Source: the human T2T-CHM13v2.0 reference genome, Homo sapiens
Assembly (NCBI RefSeq): GCF_009914755.1
Contig: NC_060926.1
Direction: 5' to 3' (one strand)
DNA: 64,000 nucleotides
A program made the translations under genes and the position numbers. This document shows, piece after piece, positions 40,880-53,980 of the stretch; position 1 is the stretch's first letter, and every line of letters starts with the position of its first letter. The notes under the pieces were generated by a model. The model made no database searches and was not told the origin of the DNA. It saw nothing but the letters and a program-made list of their open reading frames with translations.

Positions 40880-41985
40880 TCCCAAATCCAACCATCCCTC
40901 ACCACCTCCACTACCACCACCCTAGCCCAAGCTATTATTATCTCTCACCTAAAGTAATGTTATAATCTAATTATGGGTCTTTCTGTTTCTCTCACTGTCA
41001 TAGCTCTATGTTCTCTACACAAAAGCCAGCTCAAACAGCTCATAACCCTCTCATAGCTTCCCATCTCATTGGAATAAAATCCAACAATTTTACCATAGGA
41101 TTCATGCATGCTGTTTACAAAATATTTATAGGTCTCTGCATAGTGGACACATGGTAGAATTGTGCTCCCTGCCCACACACACCTGTCCCTTCTCTCCTCC
41201 TCCGCCATCATTGCATGTGGTTATATGACTAGATCTGGCCAGTGAGTTGTTTGTGGAAGTGCTATGTTTCCTTTCCATGCTGGAACATTAATTGCTGATA
41301 TGAGATCTTTCAGAGATGTCTTTTCTCTGATAATATGTTTGGCAGTGATTTTGACAGTGGTTTCTCTGCCCATCTGTTTCCTGGGATGAGGATGACACAG
41401 TGCAGAGCCTCCAACCTAACTGTGGTAGACATGATGTGAGCAAAAAATAAACCTTTCATGTTTTCAGCCGTTGAGATTCAGGGTTGTTTGTTACCATAGC
41501 ATAGTCGGGCATATGCTGACTGCTACTCTGACATTTGTCTACAAGGCCTATGTGAGCCAACCTCCACCTATCTCTCTGACTTCATCCCCATCCTCTTTTA
41601 TCCTCTCCCCTTTTGTTTGGCTCTATTTGCTTTCCTAGTGAATTCCAGCTTTCTGCCCAATACTGGGCCTTTGCACTGTTTATGGATGCATCTTTCCATG
41701 TTCTCTTACTTCATCCAGATCTTTGCTCAAAAGTCTCCTTCTTAGGGGGAGCATCCCTGACTACAGATCTAAAACAGCACCCTTTATTATTCTATTCTTA
41801 TCCTGTTTATTTTTCTCTATGTCTGAGATAGTTTTCCTTTATGATTTTACTTTTTGCTTCTAAAACTGAAGTATAAATTCCTTGAGGGCAGGGACATTTT
41901 GTTCACAGGTGTTTTCCCAATAGCATGAGCAATGCCTGGGGTAGATAGTTAATAAATATTAATATTTGATGAATTAATGAGTTAT
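40880..41985 (+). mobile_element. L2 3' portion, split by an MLT1 LTR
   Basis: accaccctagcccaagct...tctctcacct; cttcccatctcattggaataaaatccaa; resumes at ~41535 ctacaaggcc...ccttgagggcagggac...aataaatat. Confidence 0.75.
41095..41525 (+). mobile_element. MLT1I/J-type solo LTR
   Basis: tctggccagtgagttg...ggaagtg; gtgagcaaaaaataaaccttt...ttgagattcagggttgtttgttaccatagcata. Confidence 0.7.
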
Positions 41986-44309
41986 TCATTCTTATCACAC
42001 AACTATCATTCTTCTCATCCGAAAGTATGGCTTAACATGACCCTCAACATACTCTACAATGTTATGTTATAGTTTCAGAAGTAGAAAGCACAATATATTT
42101 TATTTTCTCACCATAATGGTAGGTTAATTCACTTAAATGTTCTCATCTAAGGTGTTAAGAGAAAGCATCCTAACAATAAATAATGCCTTTGAGGCCAATG
42201 GGCTTGACCTTTGGGTTTCTCAGGTAGTTTACAGTCTCATAGTTGTTTCTTATGTGAAAATAATTCCAGAAGGAACTATGAGAACTGGCATGCACTGAAA
42301 GGCTGCACATACAGTTGAAATCCTTCATTCTTCTCAAAAGTGAATCTGGGTATCATTTATCTTGGAGGCATTGGCAGAGTTTTGCTTGGTCATACAAAGT
42401 TTATTGATTCTTTTCCAGCAGCCTTGCTTGAAAATTAATATGGAATTTAAGCAATGACCTCTTCTAGAAATAGTGAACACGTAATTTTTTATGCTGAGCC
42501 TTCTGAGCATCTAGTAATGGAGTATGGGTCACACTGAAATAGAAGCTTCACTTTCTAACCTGAATTTTACACAATACAATTTTACTTATAAAAGACAGCA
42601 CATCTCAGTAAACTCTAGAAATATAAATTTGTGATTTCTTCCTACTTAGAGTCAGCCATACAATACAATTACCATGAGAAGATTGCTTTAAACATGCAAT
42701 TATAAACATGGCATGATTCTATAAATTACCTGTAATTTATTTATAAATCTGCTGCAAGGGCTAATGTTTAACACATGCAGATATTTTTTTATGCTCCTTT
42801 TCCCTTCAGTTCTGTCATATCATTAGATAAATATACTTAATGAGGGTTTATTATGGAAATAAAATAATCTAAACAGTATTATATGGTCTACCGTATTATG
42901 AAAGAGTGATTTTAAAAGCCTATTAAAGTCCCTGCTTAGGCTTGTCCAAGTTAGCATAAGTGAGGAATGATAACCTAGAAGAAAATTCCTATTTTGATTA
43001 TTCAATCAAGTATATTCTCTTGTATTATTCAATCAAATCTGCAGTTTTCTCTTTCTGCTACTCGATGTCTATAAGTTACATTCAGATAAAACCATAAAAG
43101 TCAAGAGACTAATTTCTTCTTCATGGTCTGTCTATGGTATTAAAAAGACCAGGTTTTGAGTCAACTTTTTCACCCACCAAAAACACAGGAGAGAAACACA
43201 TATCCCTTACAAAAGACTACTGTAAGTTCTAAGCATCAATTCGCTTTTTAAAAAGAAATATGTTAAGTATTAAATATTTGTAGCTAGATTTTGCAAGTTC
43301 TGTATATAGCAGGAAAATTTGTTGTGATATTATAGTCAAAGAGATATACTTTAACCTTGCTGACAATGAAATGCTTCCATTTTGATTCGTAAAATGGGAT
43401 TCCCCTAGTAAGTGAGACACAGAGGGTAATTCATGACATTTTTGGATCACAGAAAGGTCTTTCTTACATATCTAATCCCAATCCATGTGACAAAATTTAC
43501 CCACTCTACTGTGCCCTCCAAAGAAAACAAACATTAATCAAGCTCTCCCCACTAAATCTCCCCAGAACTTGAGTTCTGGGGTCCTACCCTAATCATCTTT
43601 AGATCCTTAGTACCCAACTGCACCCTTCACCCACTAACTAACTATTTGAGGTATTCTATATATAATGATAACACAAGTAAGCTAGCACCAGAAAGGTGTT
43701 AAAACAAATGTAAAGGAGAACTCAAAACAATTCTACCAGGATCCCACACAGTATGTATGCATTTACATGTACAAATAGAAATGACTGGAGAAAAGTAAGG
43801 AAAACGCGATGTTGGAAATGCTGTATCTTTCTACATAAGTAACACTGATATGTGTATCGTCCACAAGGTATTAGGTACCCCATAGTTACAGCATCTGGAC
43901 AGGCGACTGTATTTTTCTGTTACTTTTCTCATAGTCTTCAAAGGGCAACCTAGCACAACAGTTTTCAAGAAAACTCCCTCCTCCTTTTTTTATTTTTAAT
44001 CTTTTTTTAAAGGCAAATGCTGCACTACCTCCCCCGAAATAAATTATACTAACAAACAATTTCAACAACCTCAATATATGAAAAAGATAAAAGTAAAGGT
44101 GGAAGAGTCACTGTGCTGATTTCTTTTTACATACCGCATATGGCAGCCATCATGGCAATGTTTAAGGCCATTACAGAGAACTCGAGGGCTCCTAGTTAGA
44201 AAAGCAGTGACCCAGATCCATAGGAAATAGATATTTTTCAATTGCACTAGACAGATGCATATATATCGATGTTGCATTCACTAAATAAATATATAAAGAT
44301 ATAAATTGA

Positions 44310-44362
44310 CTATATATGTATATATATACACACATATACTCACACACACATATATATATATC
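44310..44362. repeat. Mixed (TA)n/(CA)n repeat
   Basis: tatatatgtatatatatacacacatatactcacacacacatatatatata. Confidence 0.85.
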
Positions 44363-45189
44363 TACATGATAGAGACCATAATTTGGTTCCATATTGTGAT
44401 TGTGGAAAACAAGTGGTGATATATTTTTCCTCTATTGGACATATTTTCAGAATCATGCCTGGGGATTTATATGCATACCCTGTGCCATTTATAACAGTGC
44501 TGCAAATAACGAGGATTATGCTCATTAGCAAACATTGCCACTTTTTTGAAGGGGATGCTAGGCAGACATGGCTGAAATGAAAGTCTTTTTTAGACAGAAG
44601 CGACAAACCTGGAAATAGGAATCTATATCTTGGTCCTGTGACTGTTTAGTGCAGTGTTTCATGAGCTAAAAAAGAGAGAGAGAGCACAAGAGAGAAAAAT
44701 GGTGCTTTGTATAATATCTTACAAGCACCGCAAAGAAATCTGATGTTCATCTTAAACAGGCATAGCTATGATTTTGCCATCTAGTTTCTCAAAAATATTC
44801 ACTGTATCTAAAGAACTTCTATCTTGAAAAAGGGGAAAGGGGAACTTAACCAAACGTTCTTTTGAAAAATCTTTTCTCTCTACTGGCAAGTTTGGACAAA
44901 TAATTGACATGAAGAGAAGATAGCTTTTTGTAAGAAATTAAAACTTCGTTATTAAGTTGCCCTTCAATTTTCTCAATCCCCATTTTACCCCATTTTCTCA
45001 TCTGTGTAGCCTGTGTTGCGTTTGCGGTTGTTTTTCTTAAGGATAATTTTTGCTTCTAAATACTGAGAAAGAATAATCAGGTGCTTGAGAAGTGGTGTCT
45101 CTGCTCATCTCCCCACACGTGACTGCTTTCTGTCTGGTGCTTTGTCATGGTGCCTCCAGAACAGACTTCCTCAGCTTCCTTTGTTATCC

Positions 45190-45750
45190 TCTCCTGATAA
45201 ATAAACAGCACAAAATTACCGAACTTATTATGGTAATTGAGAGAAGGGAACGGAATGCCGAGCCTGCCCCGCTATCTGTTACGCTGCCATTGCAAAAGTT
45301 GGGCAAACCTGTGCCAAACCTCAGCTGATAGTGTAACATCAGCCCCTCTCCTATGCGCCCCCCTTTATTGCCGTAGCCCCCCACCCTCCACGATGATTGC
45401 TTTCTGTCCATCTTGAGCTGGGTGTCACTTCGTTTAGATTTACATCAAGTAGTAAATTAAAATAATCACTCAGCAAACACTCTGAGCTCAGTTTTCTCTT
45501 TCAGTCAGGAGTTGTGCGAGCTGCTCGAAGCATTCAAGCAGAAAATATTGCTGTCTAGATATTTGTCCTCTGGGTGATAAAGGAGGCATTGTCTTGGGAC
45601 CCACTCAGGCCTCGGAGCCGATCGTCGCTGTGCATCACAGCTGTGAAGTGCGCTTTGTTATGTGTCTGAGGATTCGGGTTCAGGACCTTGTTTTTCTTGA
45701 AATACCAGACTGATCAGAGCTGCATATGTTCGGGGGAAATCAGGGGTCGG
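45190..45750. promoter_or_regulatory. Non-repetitive CpG-retaining block; candidate promoter/enhancer
   Basis: 19 CpGs counted in 45220-45750 in a strongly CpG-depleted window; no recognisable repeat; GATA (ctgataa), forkhead (taaataaaca), E-boxes (cagctg x2), RFX-like gctgccattgcaaa. Confidence 0.5.
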
Positions 45751-45965
45751 TGGTTCTCTGTCCACATTTTTACTAGATTATTCTTGGACAGAACTCTGGG
45801 AAAATACCCTGCAGCATAAACCATCCCAAGAGTTTTGCTTTGTTTTAATTCATTTTCTTTCTTTCTCTTTCTTGCATCTTTATTTTTTTTCCCTCCATAT
45901 TCTGCATTGTTACAGTCCTGGAAAATGCTGGAGTTTATCTGCATGAGTCAGAAACAAAGGCTTAC

Positions 45966-46093
45966 GGCATTGCTGCTTCCTTTTGCTTTGAACCTGGTGC
46001 CATAATGTACTGAGTTATAAACCTGCTTCTTTGTGTTCTCATTACAGTACATCTATCTGCCCATTTGGAAATCAAAATGCAGAGTTCAGTCAC
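45966..46093 (-). other. Candidate non-coding exon (128 nt)
   Basis: Minus-strand acceptor ctctatatttcatcccag|G and donor GCC|gtaagc; no transcript evidence available. Confidence 0.25.
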
Positions 46094-47014
46094 CTGGGAT
46101 GAAATATAGAGTGGGCTAAAGAGGCTTTTCACCATTTGCAAATGATCAGTGAGATCTTGAAACAAAACAAGGAGTTGATAGGAGAAAACAAATCGGAAAT
46201 TTTGCTCTGAATGAGAATTTTTTTAAAAAGATAATTATCACTTGTAAATCTTAAAGTCATCACATTTTTATTTCAGCTATTTTGTAGGTATGCTATTGCT
46301 AAGAGTGAAGAAGTGAAATATTTGTTACTCTAAGTAGTGACAGAAAAACATTAAATGTTAAGGAACATGGTTGCAGGCGTAGGAATGAAAATTGAAATTT
46401 TTAGTCAATTATCTAAATTTTTACAAATAGTTCTGCATGCTTGGCTTATTGACTACTCTTATCAATTTTTGGCTAGAAATTTGGCATCGTGCTATATTTA
46501 AGCCAAGCTAGCTACAGTGAATGTGCTATTTGATATATTCCTTATGTCTGTGCTCTGGCTAAATATACATTTTTCAATTATAAAATTCTCCATTCCTACA
46601 TAGAAAGAACATTACTATTATAAGCCAAAAAGAAATAAAGGAATGGGATGGACATGTATGTATTACAGGCACATATATATGGTCATGTGCATGATGTACT
46701 CATGAATGAATGATTTCATGTTCTTGAATTAAATGAGTTCCCCTTAGGGATGTTTTCATGGTGACCCCACTGCAACCAGCTGCAAAGCTTACCCTTTCGA
46801 CCACTGTATCTATAGGAACCAGAGGTGCCATTAAAACCAGCAATGCTAAGTCCTTAGATTATGCCAATGAAAATAAATTGAATCACCAGAGTAAAATCAC
46901 AGATGGCTTCCAGTCATATATTGTGGTTTGTGATGTTTTATGTCCAAGTCCCAATTTAGTTCATAAGTATAGGTAAAAGGAACCAAACTAGAAAATTTGG
47001 TTCTGATTTTCCTG

Positions 47015-47250
47015 GGCTCCAGAGCCAGAGTCTTATTTAATTCCCCTGTCTGTCACTGATAGCTGAGTAACCTTGAGTAAATTACCTAGTCACTCTGATA
47101 CCTCAATTTTTCCATCTGTGCTTTGGAAATATTATTAATAGGCACCTCATAAGTAAGTTTGTTAAAATTGTTTAATGAATATTAAACATATTAAATGCTT
47201 AGAATGATGTCTGGCACATAGCTAATATTCAAAAAATATTTTATTAGTGA
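47015..47250 (+). mobile_element. MIR
   Basis: gggctccagagccaga...tagctgagtaaccttgagtaaattac...cctcaatttttccatctgt...tgcttagaatgatgtctggcacatag. Confidence 0.85.
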
Positions 47251-47391
47251 TAATGATGATGATAATAATGATAATAATTTCTACAACAAGAAAAAAGGTA
47301 ACACTTATCTGGGAAACACAACTAAGGTGGAATAATAGATTTGTCCTACTCTTCCAAGGTTGGTATACACATTAATATTAGGTTGTCCTGG

Positions 47392-47710
<319 letters not shown>

Positions 47711-48135
47711 ATTAGGTTGTCCAGAATAAGAGTCACCGTTTAACCATTTACTAACTGTGTGCATAGGCAAATTATTTTATTTTCTATGTAATAAGATAAT
47801 AACCGGTTACTGTGGCTGTTGTAAAGATGAAAATAGACCGTACACATCACTTGCTTAGTACCTTGTGTGGCCAGAAGGGCTGCTCCTAAGTTGTGTTATT
47901 CTCCAGGCCAAAAATTAAAAAAGGTCTCCTTTTTTATAACCAGTTTGATTTAAAATAATATTACAAACCTCAAGAGCCAGTTATTAAAAATTTAGAGAAA
48001 AGGGTAGAGAAGAAAATCTTACATATTTTTTCTTGTGTAATTAACGTGTGTGAAAGCTTTTCAGTGTCCAGGCACCATCTGTTCAGGTGCAAGAAACTTC
48101 TCTTTATGTTTTTTCTTTTACTTTTTGATTTTCAG

Positions 48136-48403
48136 AATTACCGGGTCTGACTAAATCACAACTCCCACTGTGAAAAAAGCTAGCAATGCTGATATTACTT
48201 ACTCTGCCATGACTCTTCAGAACTTGTATATATTGATATAATATTGATGATCTTGCTTCTGAGCTTCCCTAGTACCATTTTGTAAAAGTCTAGTTATAAT
48301 AGGACTTGTGTCACTTCATCATCCATTGCACTGTTTGTAGATATTGGTTTCCAGTAATTCTCTCAAAGGCTGTTTTTGTGCTTCATTGATGATGACCACG
48401 ATT
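48136..48403 (+). other. Candidate non-coding exon (268 nt)
   Basis: Long pyrimidine tract ttttttctttactttttgattttcag| and donor ATT|gtaagt. Confidence 0.25.
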
Positions 48404-49479
48404 GTAAGTCTTACCCAGAGGATGCAGAAAATGTGAGGAATAACTTATTCCCTGATCATGTTAAGTTTACCGTTCAGAATTCTATAGCATACAAATAGAA
48501 ACAATATATCTTCCAACCATGCTTTCTCATGAACTAATTGGGCTGTAACATTGCATTCCTAGAATGTGATCTCTTTCAATGTTGTCTGCATCCGTACCTT
48601 CCACTCACTTCCACTAGCTAGAAGGGTAGAAAAGGAGGAAGGCACTAAGTGAGAAAAATGGTCCTATTTGTACAAAAAAGTCTGTCCTTTGACCAGCATG
48701 GCCTAAATCTATCCAGAATTTCATGATGTGACCACATCAATTGGAGGCAATAAAGAACATTAATGGGAAGGCCCCCTTACTGTGTGGAGCAGTGGTCTTG
48801 GAAGCCTCAGGGGAGATAGTTGCAGCCACCTGGTAGATTGTCTAAATATGGTACAGAGCCTGCAGAAGGAATAGGATGACTGTTCTGGATGCCAACAGTA
48901 ACGGTCCCATGAGTAAGTGATGTCTGGGGTTACCTCCACTCCCTCAGGTGCTGTAGCCTGAAGCCAGCACTGTGATTGGTCAGAACATGGGTGGATAAGC
49001 ATGGATCACACATAGTTCAAGCTCAAGGCTGGCAGTGGACTATAGGTAGTCCAGAGTCCTAAACTCCTTCTGTGTCTGATTTGAAAGTCATACAAAATCA
49101 GCATGTCAGCACCATTATGACATGATACTCCTAAAGAAATACTGTACCGGCTAGCAGGAAAAATACATTCACCAGGTCACTTTCCTGGAACCAGATGTCC
49201 ATGTGGCTTCAGGACAACCCCACAATGATCCCATAGGCTCAAGCTGCAGAGGTCTTGGGGCATCTGGTTGGCCCCATAAGTGCAGAAGTGAAATGGGGTG
49301 TCAGAGCACCCCAAAGGAAAAGGATGAGTCAGGACTCACAAGAATCTGTATCTGAGTTCTGTTAGACCTGCTCACATGCTACCTGTGCCCAAAGAGAGAC
49401 TTAAATAAATTTAAGAAAAATTTGAGACTTAAACATTTTTTGACGAATTGGAGTTTCTTTTAGCGTGGGAAAGAGAAGG

Positions 49480-50010
49480 AAGGAAAGAATAGGTATACAA
49501 AGCAGAGGCAACAGCCTGAGCACAACAGAGTGGAATGCAAATGGTCTAGTTTTTGAGGGAAATGCAGGGGCCAGTAGGGGCACTGAAGTAGGTGCAGATT
49601 GAGATTAGAATTGAAACAGAAAAGTTACATGGAGATCAGGTTTTGAAGAGCTTTGAGTACAAATTATATCCCTATGTATTTAAGGGGCTTACTTTATGCC
49701 AGGCTCTGAGCCTTAGAGACATTATTCCAGGTTTTGGGGGGAGAAGAGTAAATTGTTGAAAGGTTTTCAAGCAACACAGTGATCTGTGTTTTTGAAAGAT
49801 TCCACTGGTGGAACTTTAAGGGTTGGATAACAGTGGATGAGACCATGAAAAAGGAGATTAAAGAGCTATGATCTTTAATTCATCACTTCTGGAGAGTGAT
49901 GAAGAGAACCTCAATTAGGATAACAGAATGAGAATGGAGAAGAGGGAAGAATTCATTATTCTTGTAAAGGTAAAGTCAGCAAAATTTGAAGACAATTGAA
50001 TGGGTGCTGG
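49480..50010 (-). mobile_element. L2 fragment(s)
   Basis: aaggttttcaagca...gtgatctgtgtttttgaaagattccactgg...agtgatgaagagaacctcaattagg resembles the antisense L2 body. Confidence 0.5.
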
Positions 50011-50660
50011 AGGAATAGACTGGTCACTTAATGTCTCTATAACTATGATATCTGTTCATTAATTTAGTTCATAAAATTTTGTGAAGCGATGTGTCTCCAA
50101 GTGCTAGGCCCTGTGTAGGAAATACAGAAGATAGAGGAGTTCTGATCATGATGGGCTTTCAGAGGTGGGAATCACTTCCATGTTAAATATGCAGAGAGCT
50201 GGGCCTCTCCCTGAGCAGGCATGGGTTCCAGAGTCCAAGGATTTGTGTTTTTAACAATTGCCCCAAGTAACACTTTTCATCATGAGAGTTTGGGAAATTC
50301 TTCACAAAATAATGCATTTGGTTTTGGATGTGTTAAGATAATCTACATAGAGAGAAATTATACATGAATGCAGATATAGGATATTCTACTACATTCACAT
50401 AAGCATCATAGGCAGAAGATGTTAAAAGGAGGTTTGCTAAGCTACTCTACAAGGTAAAACAAATAGAAGAAGCTAAAACCATAAGGAATAAGCTCTCTGG
50501 ACAGTGTACCTCTCTGGCACTGAGAAATGGGGCTGGAAACTTCTGCCAATAGAAATGTCTCGTTCGTTGACTGACAGATTGACTCAGCCTCCCACCCAAA
50601 TCCAGCTTCAGGCTTTAGTATCAATTATGGTGATTGATATTGTGATTTTTTGTTTTACAG

Positions 50661-50760
50661 TGCAGTGCCTGCTATGAAGCACACACAATGCTTATCTGCT
50701 GCTCCATTGGAAAGCCAATAGCAAAGAAGGGAAAGGACCTTCTGATTGGAGAGTGGAGGA
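50661..50760 (+). other. Candidate exon (100 nt), probably non-coding
   Basis: Acceptor ttttttgttttacag| and donor GGA|gtgagt, both near consensus; unique sequence. Confidence 0.35.
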
Positions 50761-52879
50761 GTGAGTTAGAAGATGGTTTTATGTTTACTGCAATGCCCTT
50801 TGTCCTCATCAGAACTGTGAAGTGGAATTTGATTTTGATGCACTCTTTAACAAGGATGCTTTGTGTTATCCATGCAATCCCCTACTACTCTGAACCATAA
50901 CATACACATGCTACATCCCAAAAGCCAGAACCCCCAAAAATGGGTTGTTCCTGGTTTCAGCTTCTAAGATCTAGCTTTCTTTCTCTCAGAGTCTCATTTA
51001 TCCTTTTCTCCCAAAGGCAAAGCTGTTTTTATCTGATTACTTGATTTCTATGAAAATTTTAGTGCATTTTAATGACTTTGTAGTTTATCTGACCCAGATA
51101 ACATGCACTTTAATAGGAAACTTTTACAGAGACAGTGTCTTAACCAAAAGAATGACTTAATGACGAAATTTCAGGTAGATGTTTGTTCACATTGAGGGAG
51201 GCTAACTAACCAAGTCGAGTAGAGGATGAACAAGGTTTAGGGAACAGTTCTTTTTATAATTTAAATTTTAAAATTTTAATTATAAGCTCTAAATATTAAT
51301 GCAAGCCATATCAACTTCTTTACTGGACTACTTAGGACATTTAAATGAGATCACATATATAAAGCCCCAGCTCTAAGACTTGGAATTCAATAAACGTCAG
51401 TTTTTTCCTTACACCCTCATGCCCATATGGGTGAGTGTGGGTTGCCCTGTAATCTTTTGCTGCATGTTTCTTTTTTTAGATTATTCAGTTAAAAATTCTA
51501 TTTTATTCGGAAGAGATAAGGCTTAAAGAAGGAACTAGTTTATTTATTGAGTGCCAGGTTGTAGGACTGGGGATTATATATGTATTATCTCACTTAAATG
51601 CTGGCAAATAGTCTTGTTAAATAAGTTATAAAAATACAGTAGAAACAGTTGCTACATGGCATGATTAAGGTGGGGATTCTGGAACAATCATCTTAGGGGG
51701 TGTGCCATGCTGTTCCTGTGAAAAATAATTAACTTGATGATTATTAGAAACAATAAGACTAGTTTGCCTTAATTTTTTTATACATGGAGAATCTTTAAAA
51801 ACGGAGGCTTTCTGCTTAGGTACTCTCCAGATTGGCACTCCAATTTTGCCAAATGCTCCTAGTATCTGTTACTCTGACTGAAATAAATATACCATGAATA
51901 AAATGCTCAAGTTTCAGAGTATGGATATTATGATATCACTGTAGTGTCTCAGATGCCTTTCCCTTCTTTCACTTTCCTCTTCTTTCACTTTCTCTTGCTC
52001 AGGGGTATTCTGAATAGTAGAGGGTTGTCAAAGAACTGTGTGCTGGTGGAATGAAGTTGAGTTACCATGCTTTCCTATTCAACCCTGACTCAAAGTGAAT
52101 GCATATGCGTGCATTGGAAATGCTGTCACCAGTGTTCTGGCCGTTTGTAGGTATCAAATCACTAACCTTGCCAACGAATAAGTTTGTGAACCTTCTTTTC
52201 AGAGGTTCTGTCTCTGATATTTCAGAACCATTCAATTATAATTCTGATGCTTTCTTTTATGTGGCAGTCATGGGTTGTCAGCAAGGATAGAATTAAGAGA
52301 GGCACATGAAGTGTGTTACGGCGGCTCATGCCTAAGGATCTCTATTTCTTTTGTTCATGGTGACAAATGACAGCCTTAAAGATATTTGTCCTGATTCCTC
52401 ACTGTCCCTATGCAGGTAAAAAACTTTCACTGAAGTCAAACAAGCTTCATTGAAGTTAATGGGAAGTAATGCCCTTGAAGGGAAGGGAGAACTAGGGTGA
52501 TTAATTTTAATTAGCCAAATATAAACAAGCATGTGTCTACAAGTAGTGACAGGAAAGTGGATATCTGTGACTTTTAACTTAGCTTTGGGGAGCTAGGTAT
52601 GGCCATTTTGTAGAGAATCAGATGAAACTATTTCAACTCAGAAACATAAGAATGCCCATAAAAAATAAAATCCATTTTCCCTAGCTGTATCTCTGAGCTT
52701 CACCTTCAATACACTAATTCAACAAAACTCCTAAAATATTACCAATATTACCACACATCAAACATGTTTCAGGCCTTGGGGAAAGAAAGATGACTACAAC
52801 TGGAACCCCATATGGGACTCACTTTTAGGTCATGGAAATACCTCAGTAAACAGTTGTGGTACAAGTCATTCGTTAGTGT

Positions 52880-53150
52880 CTCTATCATTCATTTATTCAT
52901 TGATTGATTGGTTCATTGAAGAAATATTCGGCACAGACTTTCTAAGTGTTTTGCCTCTGTTCCTATAACAGAGCATGTGCAAAGTACTACTAGAACCAAA
53001 TGGGATAAAATTCTTGTTTTGCATGACATGGTGAGTTATAATCATGGAAAGATTCTTAGAGAGAGTGTCACTTGAGCTTAGTTTTGCTAGCATTTAGTTA
53101 GGCAAAGTAAAAAGGGAAAGATATAAGAATGTGGGAACTATATAATGGAA
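52880..53150 (-). mobile_element. L2 3' end fragment
   Basis: tcattcatttattcattgattgatt start followed by decayed antisense L2. Confidence 0.55.
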
Positions 53151-53161
53151 GGTATTTATTT

Positions 53162-53917
53162 ATTAGGGAAATGCAAATCAAAACCAAATGCAATACCACC
53201 TTACTCCCTCAAGAATAGCCATAATGAGAAAATAAAAAAAATAATAGATGTTGGCATGGATATGGTGAAAATGGAACACTTTTACACCATTGGTGGGAAT
53301 GTAAACTAGTATAACCACTATGGAAAACAGTATGGAGATTCCTTAAATAACTAAAAGTAGATCTACCATTTGATCCAGCAGTCCCACTACTAGGTATTTA
53401 CCCAGAGGAAAAGAAGTCATTATACGAAAAAGATATTTGCAGAGGCATGTTTATAGTAGCACAATTTGCAATTCCAAAAATATGGAACTAGCCCAAATGT
53501 CCATCAATCAATGAGTGGATAAAGAAAACATGGTATAGGCATACCATGGAATACTACTCAGCATAAAACAGAATTAAATAATGGCATTCGCAGCAACTTG
53601 GATAGAATTGGAGATTATTATTCTAAGTGAAGTAACTCAGCAATGGAAAACCAAACATCGTATGTTCTTGCTCATAAGTGGGACCTAAGCTACGAGACAC
53701 AAAGGCATAAGAATGATACAATGGACTCTGGGGATTTGGGGGAATGTGTGCAAGGAGGGTGCGGGATAAAAGACTGCACATTGATTACAGTGTACACTGC
53801 TCAGGTGATGGGTGTACTAAAATCTCAGAAATCATCACTAAAGAACTTATCCATGTAGCCAAACAACACCCGCTCCCTAAAAACCTATTGAAATAAATAG
53901 AAAACAAATTATAAAAA
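53162..53917 (+). mobile_element. L1PB1/2-type LINE-1 3' end
   Basis: ORF2 end (gaaatgcaaatcaaaacc...) plus the L1PB 3'UTR gaatgatacaatggact...gtgtacactgctcaggtgatgggtg...aaaacctattgaaataaa. Confidence 0.88.
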
Positions 53918-53980
53918 GGAAAGGTGTGGAAGCACAGAAACTCATAGCATGTTCAGAAAATATTTGAAAATGCTCTAGTG

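Noticed and set aside
45353-45373. CTCF-like tgcgcccccctttattgcc
   Set aside because: Extra C and loss of the essential CTRGTGG half; poor match
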